This document shows, piece by piece, positions 11,901 through 23,000 of a stretch of DNA of 64,000 nucleotides (position 1 is the stretch's first letter; each line of letters opens with the position of its first letter). A program made the position numbers and the translations under genes. Where the stretch lies: NCBI GenBank assembly GCA_036172245.1, contig JAYWIR010000016.1, positions 620,001-684,000 on the forward strand, read 5' to 3'. The notes under the pieces are model-generated. The model made no database searches, had not been told where the DNA came from, and saw nothing but the letters and a program-made list of their open reading frames with translations. Origin of the DNA: Raillietiella orientalis. Lineage: Eukaryota.

Positions 11901-14900
11901 CTTGTTTTGGAGCCGTTTTCGAATTCTCATTGGATTCGATTGCATCCTCTCTAGGTGAAGGAACCTGAATCGTTACCTGAGGGGGAGTACTGCTTCTGAT
12001 TCTCGGTTTCGGGGAAGGAGCTGAGAGTGAATCACTACGAGAGGATTGCAGTTCCATCATCCGGTATTTCAGAGGGAACAGACAATGCCTTCCTTGTTAG
12101 CTCTGTCGCCGAATCACAGTGACGCCGATGTCACGCATTTTATGCGTGCAGAGTTGCAACTGATGATTTTGCCCATCGGAGATCTTCCTCTCGAGCGGAC
12201 CTGAGGAAAGGTCTCATCCTGCACACGTGCAGGAAGGATCTGCGTACATTATCCTCTGAACAGCTTCTTCTGATGGGGGTGCTGGGCTAAGCCCTTTGAG
12301 CTTTTCCCTCTTTGAGCTCCTTTCATGTAGATTTCCAGACTAAGAGATTTCAGATGACCGGTTGGACACTAAGTCTTAATTGTGATGCAGTCCCTGAGAA
12401 TCGACCTCGTCTCCACACGAGCGACACTTCGAGGGCTCGCTTGGTCGGGAACATCTTCACGAACCTGCAGCTACGTTCTTTCGCTTTTTGCGCGTTTATT
12501 TCGTTGCCCCGGTCGCTGCCGCCGCTACTGAAACGTACAAGGATCTCTGACCCGAAGGTCATGCATCCCTGTTCTCTTCAGGTTCCTTTAAGATTGTCGC
12601 GCAGTGAATCCGAATTGCCCTCACGTTTCCTAGCAGCTCTCCATCCCGCTTTGCACCCTTGCAGATCGCATGCGGCCTACGAGGTGCTTCATTTTCCAGA
12701 CAGCGAACTCCTTTAGGCACCCAAAAGGGTAGGAAGCGTGGAAAGTGGAAGCTGCTACAGTGCCCCTTCCAGACCATGCAGCAAGTCGATGCGTTTCTAC
12801 AAGCTGCCATGAGGAACTGTGGTGTTTCTTAGCCTTCGGAAGGTGTGGGATGCGTTTTCTCTCTTCCCTAGGAGCGATTTACTTGAGTTTACGATTACTC
12901 GAAGGGATGAAAGTGAAACCGGAAACAACCATCTAATGAAATTGTCATCAAGTGAAGTAGAAAACATTATCAGTTTCAAGATGCCGTCTTTTCATATGCT
13001 CCGTGATGAGGATTTTTTTCTTGGACGAAGCATCGGACACATCACGTGTTTTGGCTCTTCATTACTCCTGCAACTATTCCAGAAACTTGTGTTCTTCCGA
13101 AAATGCTTCCATCCTTCTAGATTGCAGGAACATTAAGATGGTGAGGCTGAAGAGCCTTTCGTTTCTAGAAAATTCCACAACTGGGACTATTTTTCCCTGA
13201 CTTGTTCAGCTTCCTCGCCACTTTTCACGGGTTGATCCGCGACGACTGCCCAAAGCGAAGATGTTCCCTGTTACCAGGAGGGAAATTTGTGGAGAGGAGT
13301 CACCTCAGCGGTTCGAACCCATAGCTTCCCTTTCTGCACCTGGAGAGTTTCGTCGGTGCCCACGCTGGCTTGCTCAATCTTCCCGATTGCGCGGGTCTTG
13401 GTCTTCTCCAGAAGACTTCATCACACAGACCTGAGTTCAGCCATGCGAAGTCGTCCAGATACATGTCTTGGCCCTGAAGGAAACCGGACGACACCATCTT
13501 CTCTCTGCTGCACATTCGGTGGCAGGGCGCACCGATCCACCGGTTAAAGACGGTAAGGGAGGGAGCTGGGAAATGGTCTCCCCCTCCTCCCCCCAACATG
13601 CCCATCCCTGCTCCGTCCGGATCAGGCGCTGCGCGAACTGGGAAGAATGACCATCGCAGACGAGAACACCCCTGACGCCTTCGGAAGTGCTCTAGAAAGA
13701 AAGGAGGCAAAGTGCAAAGTCTTCGCTACCGAAGAAGCATGTTGAGGCCCAACAGTCGGCTCTCTAGGATCCCGGCATCCCCAAAATGAAGAGTTCCTGA
13801 GAGAGCTGGAGATCCTGCGGCCGTACCCCTTGACAAAGGGAGGCGCCCTAACATCCAAGACAGCCGCGACATCCATTGGATCCGATGGGTGCGGCTGGGG
13901 CATTCACTCTCCCGGTGAAGGAATCGCTTGCACCAAATATCGACACCCAAGAAGAAGTGGTACCAGTCGAGGCGCATGTCGAAGGAGCGTTTCCAAAACT
14001 TTCCGCGGGCAGAACTAGAAGGCGGACAGGGAAGAGAGGGCGCAAAGATGCCGGCTCCTTTGTTTCCCATGTGACCCCTCCGTTCACTCCACAAACAGGA
14101 CTGGTTGTTCTCGGACGTCCTTGGAATTTCCGGCCCTCGCAGGACATCGTCGTCCTTGGGGTGCTTTCAACAAGTGGAACGAAAAAAGAGAGGCATCTTG
14201 CAGTTCCTCCTGGAGTAAGATGAGCAGGAAGATGTTACGGTAGACGGGCAAGAGTTGTCTGGGGATTCATAGTGAGATAGCTAGGAAGAGAGCTGGAGAG
14301 AGGTGAACGAGTGATGGGAATGCACGTGGAGCGAGTCTGGACAGGTGAATAAGGATGGGAGTAAAAAAAATGAGGCAGTGAAAAGCTGGGTTAGAAGAGT
14401 AGTTTGGGTGCCGAGAGTGTCGCCTTCGACGGTAGCTGACTTGATTGGATGAAAATAACCCGGAATCCTGACAAGGCGAAGATGACGGGTCGGAGGGACG
14501 CTTAGGTTCAGGTGCCTGCTGAGAGCGAAAGGGCAGAAAGTTGTTCCCGTGCCTTCCTTTCTTTGGCTTACCTTCTTGAATGCTGCCGATGCGTTGTTTT
14601 GGAATGGGCAGCGCTCCTCCAGTGTGATGGCTCAGTTCCATTATTGCTAGGAGTTTTTTTTGTTGTTGTAGCCAGACCCCTGCACCTAGGCAACCTCTCT
14701 AAGATTCCTTACCAGATTCCGACAGCACAGGCACCGGTTCAGGAACAGCGTCCTCTTGAAATGGTGGGCGGGATGGACCCAGTGCCTTCTCTCTCTTTCT
14801 TCTTTGCTGATTCACTCATCGAGTTGCGCTTCTTCGCCCCCACAATGTCTGGGATGACAATTATCCCTCCCTGGGATTTGAGTCGCATTTTCTGCATCGC

Positions 14901-17900
14901 CATTCCTCATTTTAAATTCCATATGACCCTCGTCCCAAATCATCACTGTTTCTTCCTTCATCTGGGGCGAAAAATTTCTCCTTTTGTTTACCTCGAGCGA
15001 AATTTTTTCACGGATGCCGCGGTTCCCGAGCAACTCTGTCTTCCCTTGTAATCCGGGCATCACTTGCGGTGGTGCAGCTCACTGGCACGAGAGCTGCGTT
15101 TGTTTGCTCAAGATCGGAGCAGAGCGGAAAGTTTTGCCGCTCCACCGGTTACTCCAATCATCGGCAATCATCAGTTCCCTGGTAAACTCGTTGTCAAAAC
15201 AGAGAAAGCCGAGTGGGCTGCTCACGTTCAGCCTCATAATCAGTGGGCTGTCTGCGGTTCAGTGTCTTATCTTCGGGTTCAGGACCAAGATCGCTCGACA
15301 CTGTTCCCTCCGATCTTTCTCGCCATATTTCCTCTTTAATGGAGGAGCGCTGTCCGCTCTCCGTCTTTCGTTAATGCCGCCCTGATAAGTCGTGGTTTTA
15401 CAGGAAAGTTGCCGTTTTTTCGTTCTTTTCTTTTCTTTGTGTCTCTTGCCTTGCGGTTTCTCGTAATGGTCTTTCTTCTTATCAACTTCCCCGAGTCCGG
15501 AGACGCGCAGGCTCGACTACTGGGGTCCCACCACGCGAAAGACTTGCCTCTCCATGGCAGCAGAGCTCCTACGGGACGGAGTCCTGAGTCAGTTACTACC
15601 AAGCAGCAGAGAGTCCTGGACTGGGAGCCTCTGCCACCGGATCTCTTCCGCCGAGAGAGTCAGGGCGGTTCACAACGTAGAGCGCATCAATCCGCCCGAC
15701 TCTTCCATAGTGAGATTCCATAGCTTCGCGTGAAGGAACGCGAAGGACGAGAGCAGCTGGGAAATCCCAATCCTTTCAACATCCCGCTGCTTGCACGACT
15801 CGGTGAAATCTGCCTCTTGGGGAAACATTCTCTTCCTCGTCAAGATGAACCGCACCATCCTGCTTTCCAGGGTACAACGGCGAACCGTTTCCGGCGCTAC
15901 GAGCACCCGTCCCACGCCGGCAGGAGGAAGAATAGGTGGAATCTCCAGCAGGGTGGGAAGTGGCGAGAAAGCAGGAACACCGTGTCCACCTCTCGATGGC
16001 AAACGGCGCGGAGAGGCACCTGGCGCGCCGAGCCGCTTCCTAAGTCTTTGTCTGGAGCATGGAAACGTGCACCACGGGTGGCTGCCTCCATCCTTCCTCC
16101 TCCTCGCCTCCCTGCTGGTGCCTCACTCGCTCCAAACGGGCAGCGTCCTCAAGGGATGCACCCACTGCGGAGAAGGACGGTGTTGCGGCGTCCCTTGAGC
16201 TGCTCGCGCCGCTGTTGGGGCGAGACGGAGGCCTCGGCAAGCAGAGGTGCTGCGACTTTCCCATGATGGCCCACAGGACCCACCCGGTAGCGCACCCGCC
16301 TCCTCGGACTCTCCAGCCGCCTCCCTGCTGGCAATTCTTCCACATGTGAGCAGCGAGGGTCGCCGAAACGGAAGAGGGGCGTGGCTGCACTGCAGGGAGC
16401 CGTCTCCCTCACGTGATGGGGAAGGGGGGCGGTAGGCGGCGGCGGCATGGTCTGAACTGGGATGTGGAACCTCAGGGAGATCGTCGTGGGCAGACCGAGG
16501 GGAAATCCCTCTCTGCACCCCACCCCCTCGCCTTCTGCCCCTTCCCGACTCGGACCCGCGGGACGGCCGTGTTCGTCACCGTGAAGTCGACCCATCCCAT
16601 CGCCCCGCACTTTAATTGTGGGCCTTCCTTCCCCCTTCCTTGGATGCGTCCCCGGTTGCGTCTTCAGTGGCGTTCGTGCCCTTCCGTTTGGGTCGGCAGA
16701 TGGCTAGCCATTTATTTAGTAGGGTTTATATTTATTTATCCATCTTGAAAAAAAATGCCCCTACACATTTGGATGGGGAGATCATACGCATGAGCGCGTC
16801 TTACCCCTCAGTGGGGGCGAGGAGACCGGAAAAGGAACTCCTTTAAGTGTGGACCTCAAAGGTAGGCAAAACGGGGAGCGTTTTCCATTCCCGAGAGTCC
16901 CTTCAGAAGGGCGCACTGTTAGGCGGCTCCTTCCCACCGTCGCCTGGGGCACTCATTGTGCTGCCACTGGCCGCCGTCCTGAGACGGAGTTTTTCGTCTG
17001 AGGGGACGGTGCAGCCCTCTGAGGAGAGAATACTTCCCCGGCGTTCTCACCGTGGTGCTCCTAGGAAGAGGTCAGGGACTTCCCCAGGGAGCAGAGCTGA
17101 ACTAGAGGAAATCCGAAGGACATCGAGCAGGAAGTCCCCAGCACGCCGAGATCCCGCGACAAGGGAGTGAGCGGCTGGTTGCCCAGCGAACGGAGCGCTG
17201 CACGGGATCCCTCGGAGGGATGACGGGTACGGAAAACAAAACAGTGGGAAGGGTAAGGAAAGGACCGAGGGATTCGTTCCCAGCCTTTTGATCTGCAGCG
17301 AAACCGCCCTTCGCGCTGTCTTGTTTGCCTACCTCGAGAGGGGATAGGCGCTCCTTCCCCGCTCCGAATTGGGAAAGGTCCGGTCCTCTGCAGCCTGCCT
17401 CGGATATGACGAGAAGGTGCTTAGCATCCTCGCGGAGAGAAGACCCCTGGAAGTCCTGCTTTCTCCTTGCATTGGTCTTCTTCATTTGACAGAGCAAAGA
17501 GATCACGGAGGCTACCTGCTCCGGAAGAAAGCGATGGCGTCCGGGAGGGGAGGAGAGGCATTCCACGGGACTCTTCCGGACTGGGAGTGCTCTCCGCTCG
17601 TCCACAAGGAGCTCTGAAGAATCCCAAAAAGGCCCTTTTGCAGGAAAGTCCTCCAGGAAACGGGGGAGGCAGGAAGTAGGTACCCTTCAGAAGGGGGGAA
17701 ACAAAGTAGACATGTGGGGCACCCGATCCTGTGGCAGCTGACCGCGTCGTACACAGTGGAGGAGGCATCTGAGGACCGGCACACGGGTCATGGTAAGCTG
17801 CGGAGTCCCCTCTCCCAGATCCCCTCCCACTCCAAAGAAAAGAGGGAAGGACGAGGAAGAAGAGGAAGAGGTGCGTCTGCGTTGCCCCTGCTGCTGCTGC

Positions 17901-18350
17901 AGGAGGCGGGATGACCAGACAGTGATTCCTGGGGCCACAGAAGAAGGCAAGGGAGTAGCAGCCAGATTGATAAGCCGCTGTAGGGTGCCCTGCAAGTGTC
18001 CCTCTCCTGGTGCTTCTCCACACGGCAGTCTCTTCCGGGAAGGGTGGTCCCTCAAGGGCATATTTCTGCTCCCGTGCCCACGCTCGCGGGGAAAGCAAGG
18101 GAAGTGGATCTAGACCCTCTGCTCTTGTCCTCAAGGATGTAGGAAAAGGGGGGAGGCTTTAGGATCCTTCTCTTCCCTCCTCCCCCTCCATGTGGGAACC
18201 CTGCAAATCCTCCGGAGCGCGGAGAAGTGTGCTGGATTTCCCCAGAAGCAGCTCCAGCGGAAACTGGAAGGAAGAGAGAGCTACCTCGAGCTCGGGAAGG
18301 ATGGGGGCGAAGGAGGAGCCGAGGCTCGCCCGCCACCCGCAGTGAGCAGC

Positions 18351-18448
18351 GTTCACGGCACCCGGGGTTCCCAGGCGGTAGCCCATCCAAGTACTGACCG
18401 GGCCCGACGCTGCTTAACTTCGCCGATCGAACGAGAGACGGTGCTTTC
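18351..18448 (-). pseudogene. 5S rRNA-derived sequence lacking about the first 20 nt (pseudogene or 5S-derived SINE head)
   Basis: Minus strand reads GAAAGCACCGTCTCTCGTTCGATCGGCGAAGTTAAGCAGCGTCGGGCCCGGTCAGTACTTGGATGGGCTACCGCCTGGGAACCCCGGGTGCCGTGAAC, colinear with metazoan 5S rRNA including box A and box C regions. The 5' end is not 5S-like and no oligo-T terminator follows directly. Confidence 0.9.
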
Positions 18449-19965
18449 CGCCAGTTCCTCGTTCCCTTTTTCCTTCGATACGAAGACGCAGCTTCCGGAG
18501 TAGAGGAAGCAGGAAGAGGTAGCACGAAAATTCCCTCGCGCGACTCCCTGGTCGGCCCATCTTCTCTCGCACCCCATCGGGACTGAGGTCGAGCTCCTCC
18601 CATCTCGCCCGCTACCCGACCCGGAGGAGTTGTGGGTAAGGAAAGGCGGGAGGGAGGGATGCAACTCGCTGCGTCCCTACCCCCCTTCTTCATTCAGCGA
18701 CCTAAGAAGGAGAACTGGGAAGGATACTGGGACTCTCGATTTCCCTCATCCTACCCGCGCCCCTCTTGCTTTGAGAGAACCCTCCAAAGGCCTCCCATGA
18801 CAGGCACATATGCGTCCTCCGGTCTCCATTTTTCTGTTTTTCTTCCCTCCCACCCCCCTCACACGCTCCAGAAAGGTTGCGCGCAGATCGTTCACTCGGG
18901 ACGAGGACTCCAGGAGCTGCGCCTTGCTCCTTCCTCGACGTCTCTCAGGTCCGAGGACGCTTCTCGGCCTTTTGGCTAAGATCAAAGTGTACCCTCTTTC
19001 AAATCCTTCCTGCCAACCTCACGTTCGGCTTCCCTCTTCCCCGCCTTCCCTCTGCCTCCTCCTGCAAGTGTGGCATGAAGGGTCGTAGCGGCCATTGTGT
19101 CTCCACCGCTCACGCGCCCTCCTTTGCTCTCCTCGCACGGTTGCCTGACCATCCCTCGGGTGAAAGCAGGAATAAAAATAAACGGCTTTCTTTTTATTCC
19201 ATTCCTGTGGTTCCCCTTTCCTCCCTCCTCCCCCATATTTCTCCTGGCCCTCTCCCTCAGCATCATCAGGAGCAACAGCAGCAGCATTAGCTGCCTCCTT
19301 TTCTTATTAATGTTCTTCTTCTCTTTTTCCTCCTCCCTCTCCTCGTCCCTCCTTTCTTTCTTCCTCCTCCTCATTTTTATTGTCACCATTTCGACATTCC
19401 GAACGTACCTTCCCTCTCTACCGGAAATGGATATGTTTGTGTTTTCCTGAAGCATCTTCAAGAGGAGAGAAGAATGGTTCAGAGGAAGATTGTCAGCCCA
19501 CAGAAAATGGTCTTCACGACCTCCAGGACGCTTGGCGGAGCAACGGTCTTCTCGACACAAAAGAGCGCGCTCTGGCACGCGCGGATGCGGACCATCCTCC
19601 TCGACCTGTCGCTTCTTCACACGGATGTCCACCGTGCTCCCTTGCTCAGGGTTCTCTTCAGCGCTCTCTATCATCCTTTCCCTCCTCCTCCCTCTTTGCT
19701 CCTTCCCCTCTCGGGCGACCGCGATCCGCCCGACTCCCGAAAGGCTCAACCGGAAGCTGCACTCGCGCCGGGGAGCCTTCCTCTCCGCAGCATCCGAGAA
19801 TACCCGGACCGGTATCTCCGCGGTACTTTCGACGCGGAGAGGGCGAGGTTGCGGTAGTCGAGGCCGAGCCGGGACGATGACACAAGTGCTAGGGAGGCTC
19901 TTCGGAGGAGGTGGCTGGCATCGCACAAGACACTCGTGTTCTCCCGACTAGGGCAGCCGACGACG

Positions 19966-20047
19966 ATGCGCCGGATCTTCCCGCGATGGGACCACGGTTT
20001 TGGAAACTTTCGAGGGAGGCCCGTCGCGGGCCTCTTGTGTTTCCTCA
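19966..20047 (+). CDS. Beat-like gene, first coding exon (signal peptide)
   Basis: ATG at 19966 (acgATGc), 27 codons + 1 nt, then donor A|gtgagt at 20048. Phase 1 joins the next exon to complete the hydrophobic core [10 protein letters not shown]. An acceptor-like ttctcccgactag ending at 19951 suggests a further upstream exon. Confidence 0.7.
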
Positions 20048-23000
20048 GTGAGTAGGGGCGGACGGGCTAAGGAAACAAGGGGGAAAGGGGGGGAGGGCGG
20101 ACTAAGGGGGCAAATGGGGCGATCGTTCTTTCTCCTCTTTTCTTCCTGGCGCGCTGCCGCAGTGGTGACGGACCTCGGCCACTCCATCTATATACGTGAG
20201 GTGATAGCACGACCCTGCGTGAAGAGGAACGATGACGTCAACCTCACGTGCGATTACGTCCTCCAGAACGATACTTTGTACTCCGTCAAGTGGTACAAGG
20301 AGAAGAAGGAGATATTCCGTTTCATCCCCACCTCCCATCCCAAGATCGTGGTGTTTCCTTTGTACGGGGTCGTCATCGACGTAAGTGCGACCCCCACTCT
20401 CGCCTGCGTGTCTGTCCGTGCCGAAGCCCTCGGGAGAGGCGCCGGATCGCCCGCATCCAGGAACCCCCGCCCGTCGGCTTCCGCACGCTCGCGCGGCCCA
20501 CGTCCGATGCCGGACCTCCGGGAGACTTTTCAGAAGAACCAGTCAAGCGACAGGATACTGGCTCTCAAGGATATGCAGCTGCACAACTCCACGGGCAGAT
20601 ACCGCTGCGAGGTGTCGGCCGACGCACCGACCTTCGAGACCACCGCCAAGTACGCCAACGTGACCGTGGTCTGTAAGTAGGCTTCCTTCTCCTCTCCCAC
20701 CTCCCTCCGAGTCGCCCATTAGCCGAAGGGCGGCAGGCCACCGCCTCGCGGTATGTGCGTCCCAGTGCGGAGGTCGCGATGGCGTCGCCGTCGCGATGGG
20801 GTGCCCGCTGTGGGACGGCCCACTGACGTCCGGGTCACGGCTCGGTCCACGAAGGGGGAGGCACGGCGGCGTTGCTGCGCCATCCTGCTTTCTTCCCGGA
20901 TGGCGCCTCGGGAGCGTTCGTGGACCTGGTTGCTCCCCGCCGGAACAGGAATTCGCGTGCCGCCTCATGGCCGTGGACTGCGTGGGAGGAGGAGTGGAAG
21001 GGGGGTGCCATCTGATCGGTCGACTACCCTCCTCCAGCCACGCGGATCCTCTGTTTCGTACACGCCCACGTAGAGCAAGCTCTTGTGCTCCCTTCTCCCG
21101 CCTCGAACCAGGAACCTCTCCTTCCCCCTTCGACCAGTGCTTCTTCCGAGACGCTGGGAGCCCCTCGCGTCCACGGCGACCTCTAAGACATCGTCCCCTG
21201 CGAGGCGACCATCTCGCGGACCATCCGCTTCTCGAGCTCGCCGACGAGCTGCCCCAAAGCGCACCCCTCCCTCACTCTGCAAGGACGGGAGCGGGGGTCC
21301 TGGCATTTCGTCCTGCGCGGCACAAGGAGATTCCGCCGCGGGCAACCAAGCAGCGGCATCCTCCCCTCATTCTCCACGCGAGGCAAATACCATTCTTCCG
21401 CGGTGGGAGGAAACCCGTCCGGAAGCTCCACCTCCGGATAGCTTCCCTCTCAGGCCCCTTCCTCCGCCGGGACCGCCTGCAGCACGAGCAGCGAGAGTTC
21501 GATCGACAGTCATACGGCCGCTGCTCCGCCGCCATCATCGACTCGCAAAGTCCGCGCGGTCAGGGCTGCCCGCGGGTGGGTCGAAATGGCATCGTGCCTC
21601 ACCGACGGACGAACGCCGCCGCACAGCTCAGGTCAGCAGCACGCACCTGCTGCTATGCATCCCCCTCCCTCCCTCCTTCCAGCAGCAAAGGCAGGAGGGA
21701 CGAGCAGGAAACATCGCTCTGGAGGCGGTGATATTTTATTGTGGCTTCCAGCTGTAATGGCATCAAGAGTTACGGTTCCCTAACGTGTCATATCCCGAAT
21801 GAGCGATAGACAGAGTCCTCCTCCCTCTCCCCCCCCCTGCCTTCCCTTGCGAATTGATACAGCGTTCGGATTAAAATCCTGTGATAAACTGGGAATAAAG
21901 AGGCACTTCAGCGAGATGGAAGAGCACGGAAGCAAAACCGCTCGAAGGAATCTTCGTCGAGTGGAGCAAGTCGCTTCGATACTCCTTCCAAACGCTGCCG
22001 GGATGCCGTATCCCTGCCTCCTCCGCGCTCCTCTGCTCATTACTCCGCGTTAACTCTTCGTCGGAGCTGGATAATACCGAGCGAGCATCTTCGATTTATC
22101 ATCACCGTCGGCACATGCTGCGGACAGTGCTGGAGGAGGGGACAGAGTGCTCCACTGGGGAGGGAGAGGGGGGAGAAAAAAATTCCGGGGAAAGATGAAA
22201 GCGGGGCGGGGGAGGGAGAAGGGGTGACCTCGGTCTCAGGGCGAAGCGCGCACAACTTCGATACCGAATGACGGATGGAGGATGCAGCAACGTGCGTGAA
22301 GACGTGGACGCTTGTGGAAATCGGGTTTCGGGAGGATGCAGGAGGAAGAGCGAAGAGTCGACGGCGCAGCCGCCCCGTCGAGAGCGGAGGGTGCAGGGAG
22401 GAAGCGTTGAGCATTTCTCTCGTTTGCGCGGCTCGCCTCCGTTGCCTCCGCAACCCGCGAAAAGATGAGGAGCGCACTCGCGCCACGTGAGATGCGGCGC
22501 TGATCCACGAGATGCCACCCTCGCGGAGCTGAAGCACGGGGAAGTGGCTGGCCGGATCGCTCCTATGCTCACTTCGAATGTCTTCTCCTCTCCGGTTCCC
22601 GGGCTGCTCTGGAAGAAAAGATGCTCGGCATACGAGAAATCGCCCGTCTTCGGAAGGAGGCACGTGAGGTCCCGCTTCGGACCTCGAGGCCAGTTGGGAA
22701 AGGTTGTCCCGAAACGCTCGCGTATCCCATCCTATGGATTCTCCAGGCCGGCGGAAACCGAGAGCTGAGGAGCCCCGGCAATGGGATGAAGCCCGCAGCC
22801 CTGGTCGCACGCACAGCCAGCGCGGGAAGCGAAGACGGCGGCGCCTGGAAAAACCGACGACGAACGAAATTCCCGCTGGTGCCATTCCGCGCCAGCAGCC
22901 CATCCGCGGGGGGGAGGGGCGACCGCCTGCATTTGCAGGACTCCTCCATCCGAAACCGCGCCCCTACGAGAACAAGCAGCGAGGAAGGCAGGAGATGCTC

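Noticed and set aside
18351..18448. Functional 5S rRNA gene
   Set aside because: The 5' strand of helix I is missing, there is no adjacent terminator, and it is not in a tandem array.
18982..19926. 314-aa ORF with charged and poly-Leu stretches
   Set aside because: Translation of a purine/pyrimidine low-complexity tract.
20000..20680. 226-aa ORF as a single-exon protein
   Set aside because: It is two real Beat exons plus read-through of intron sequence; splice sites and Ig motif spacing support the spliced model.
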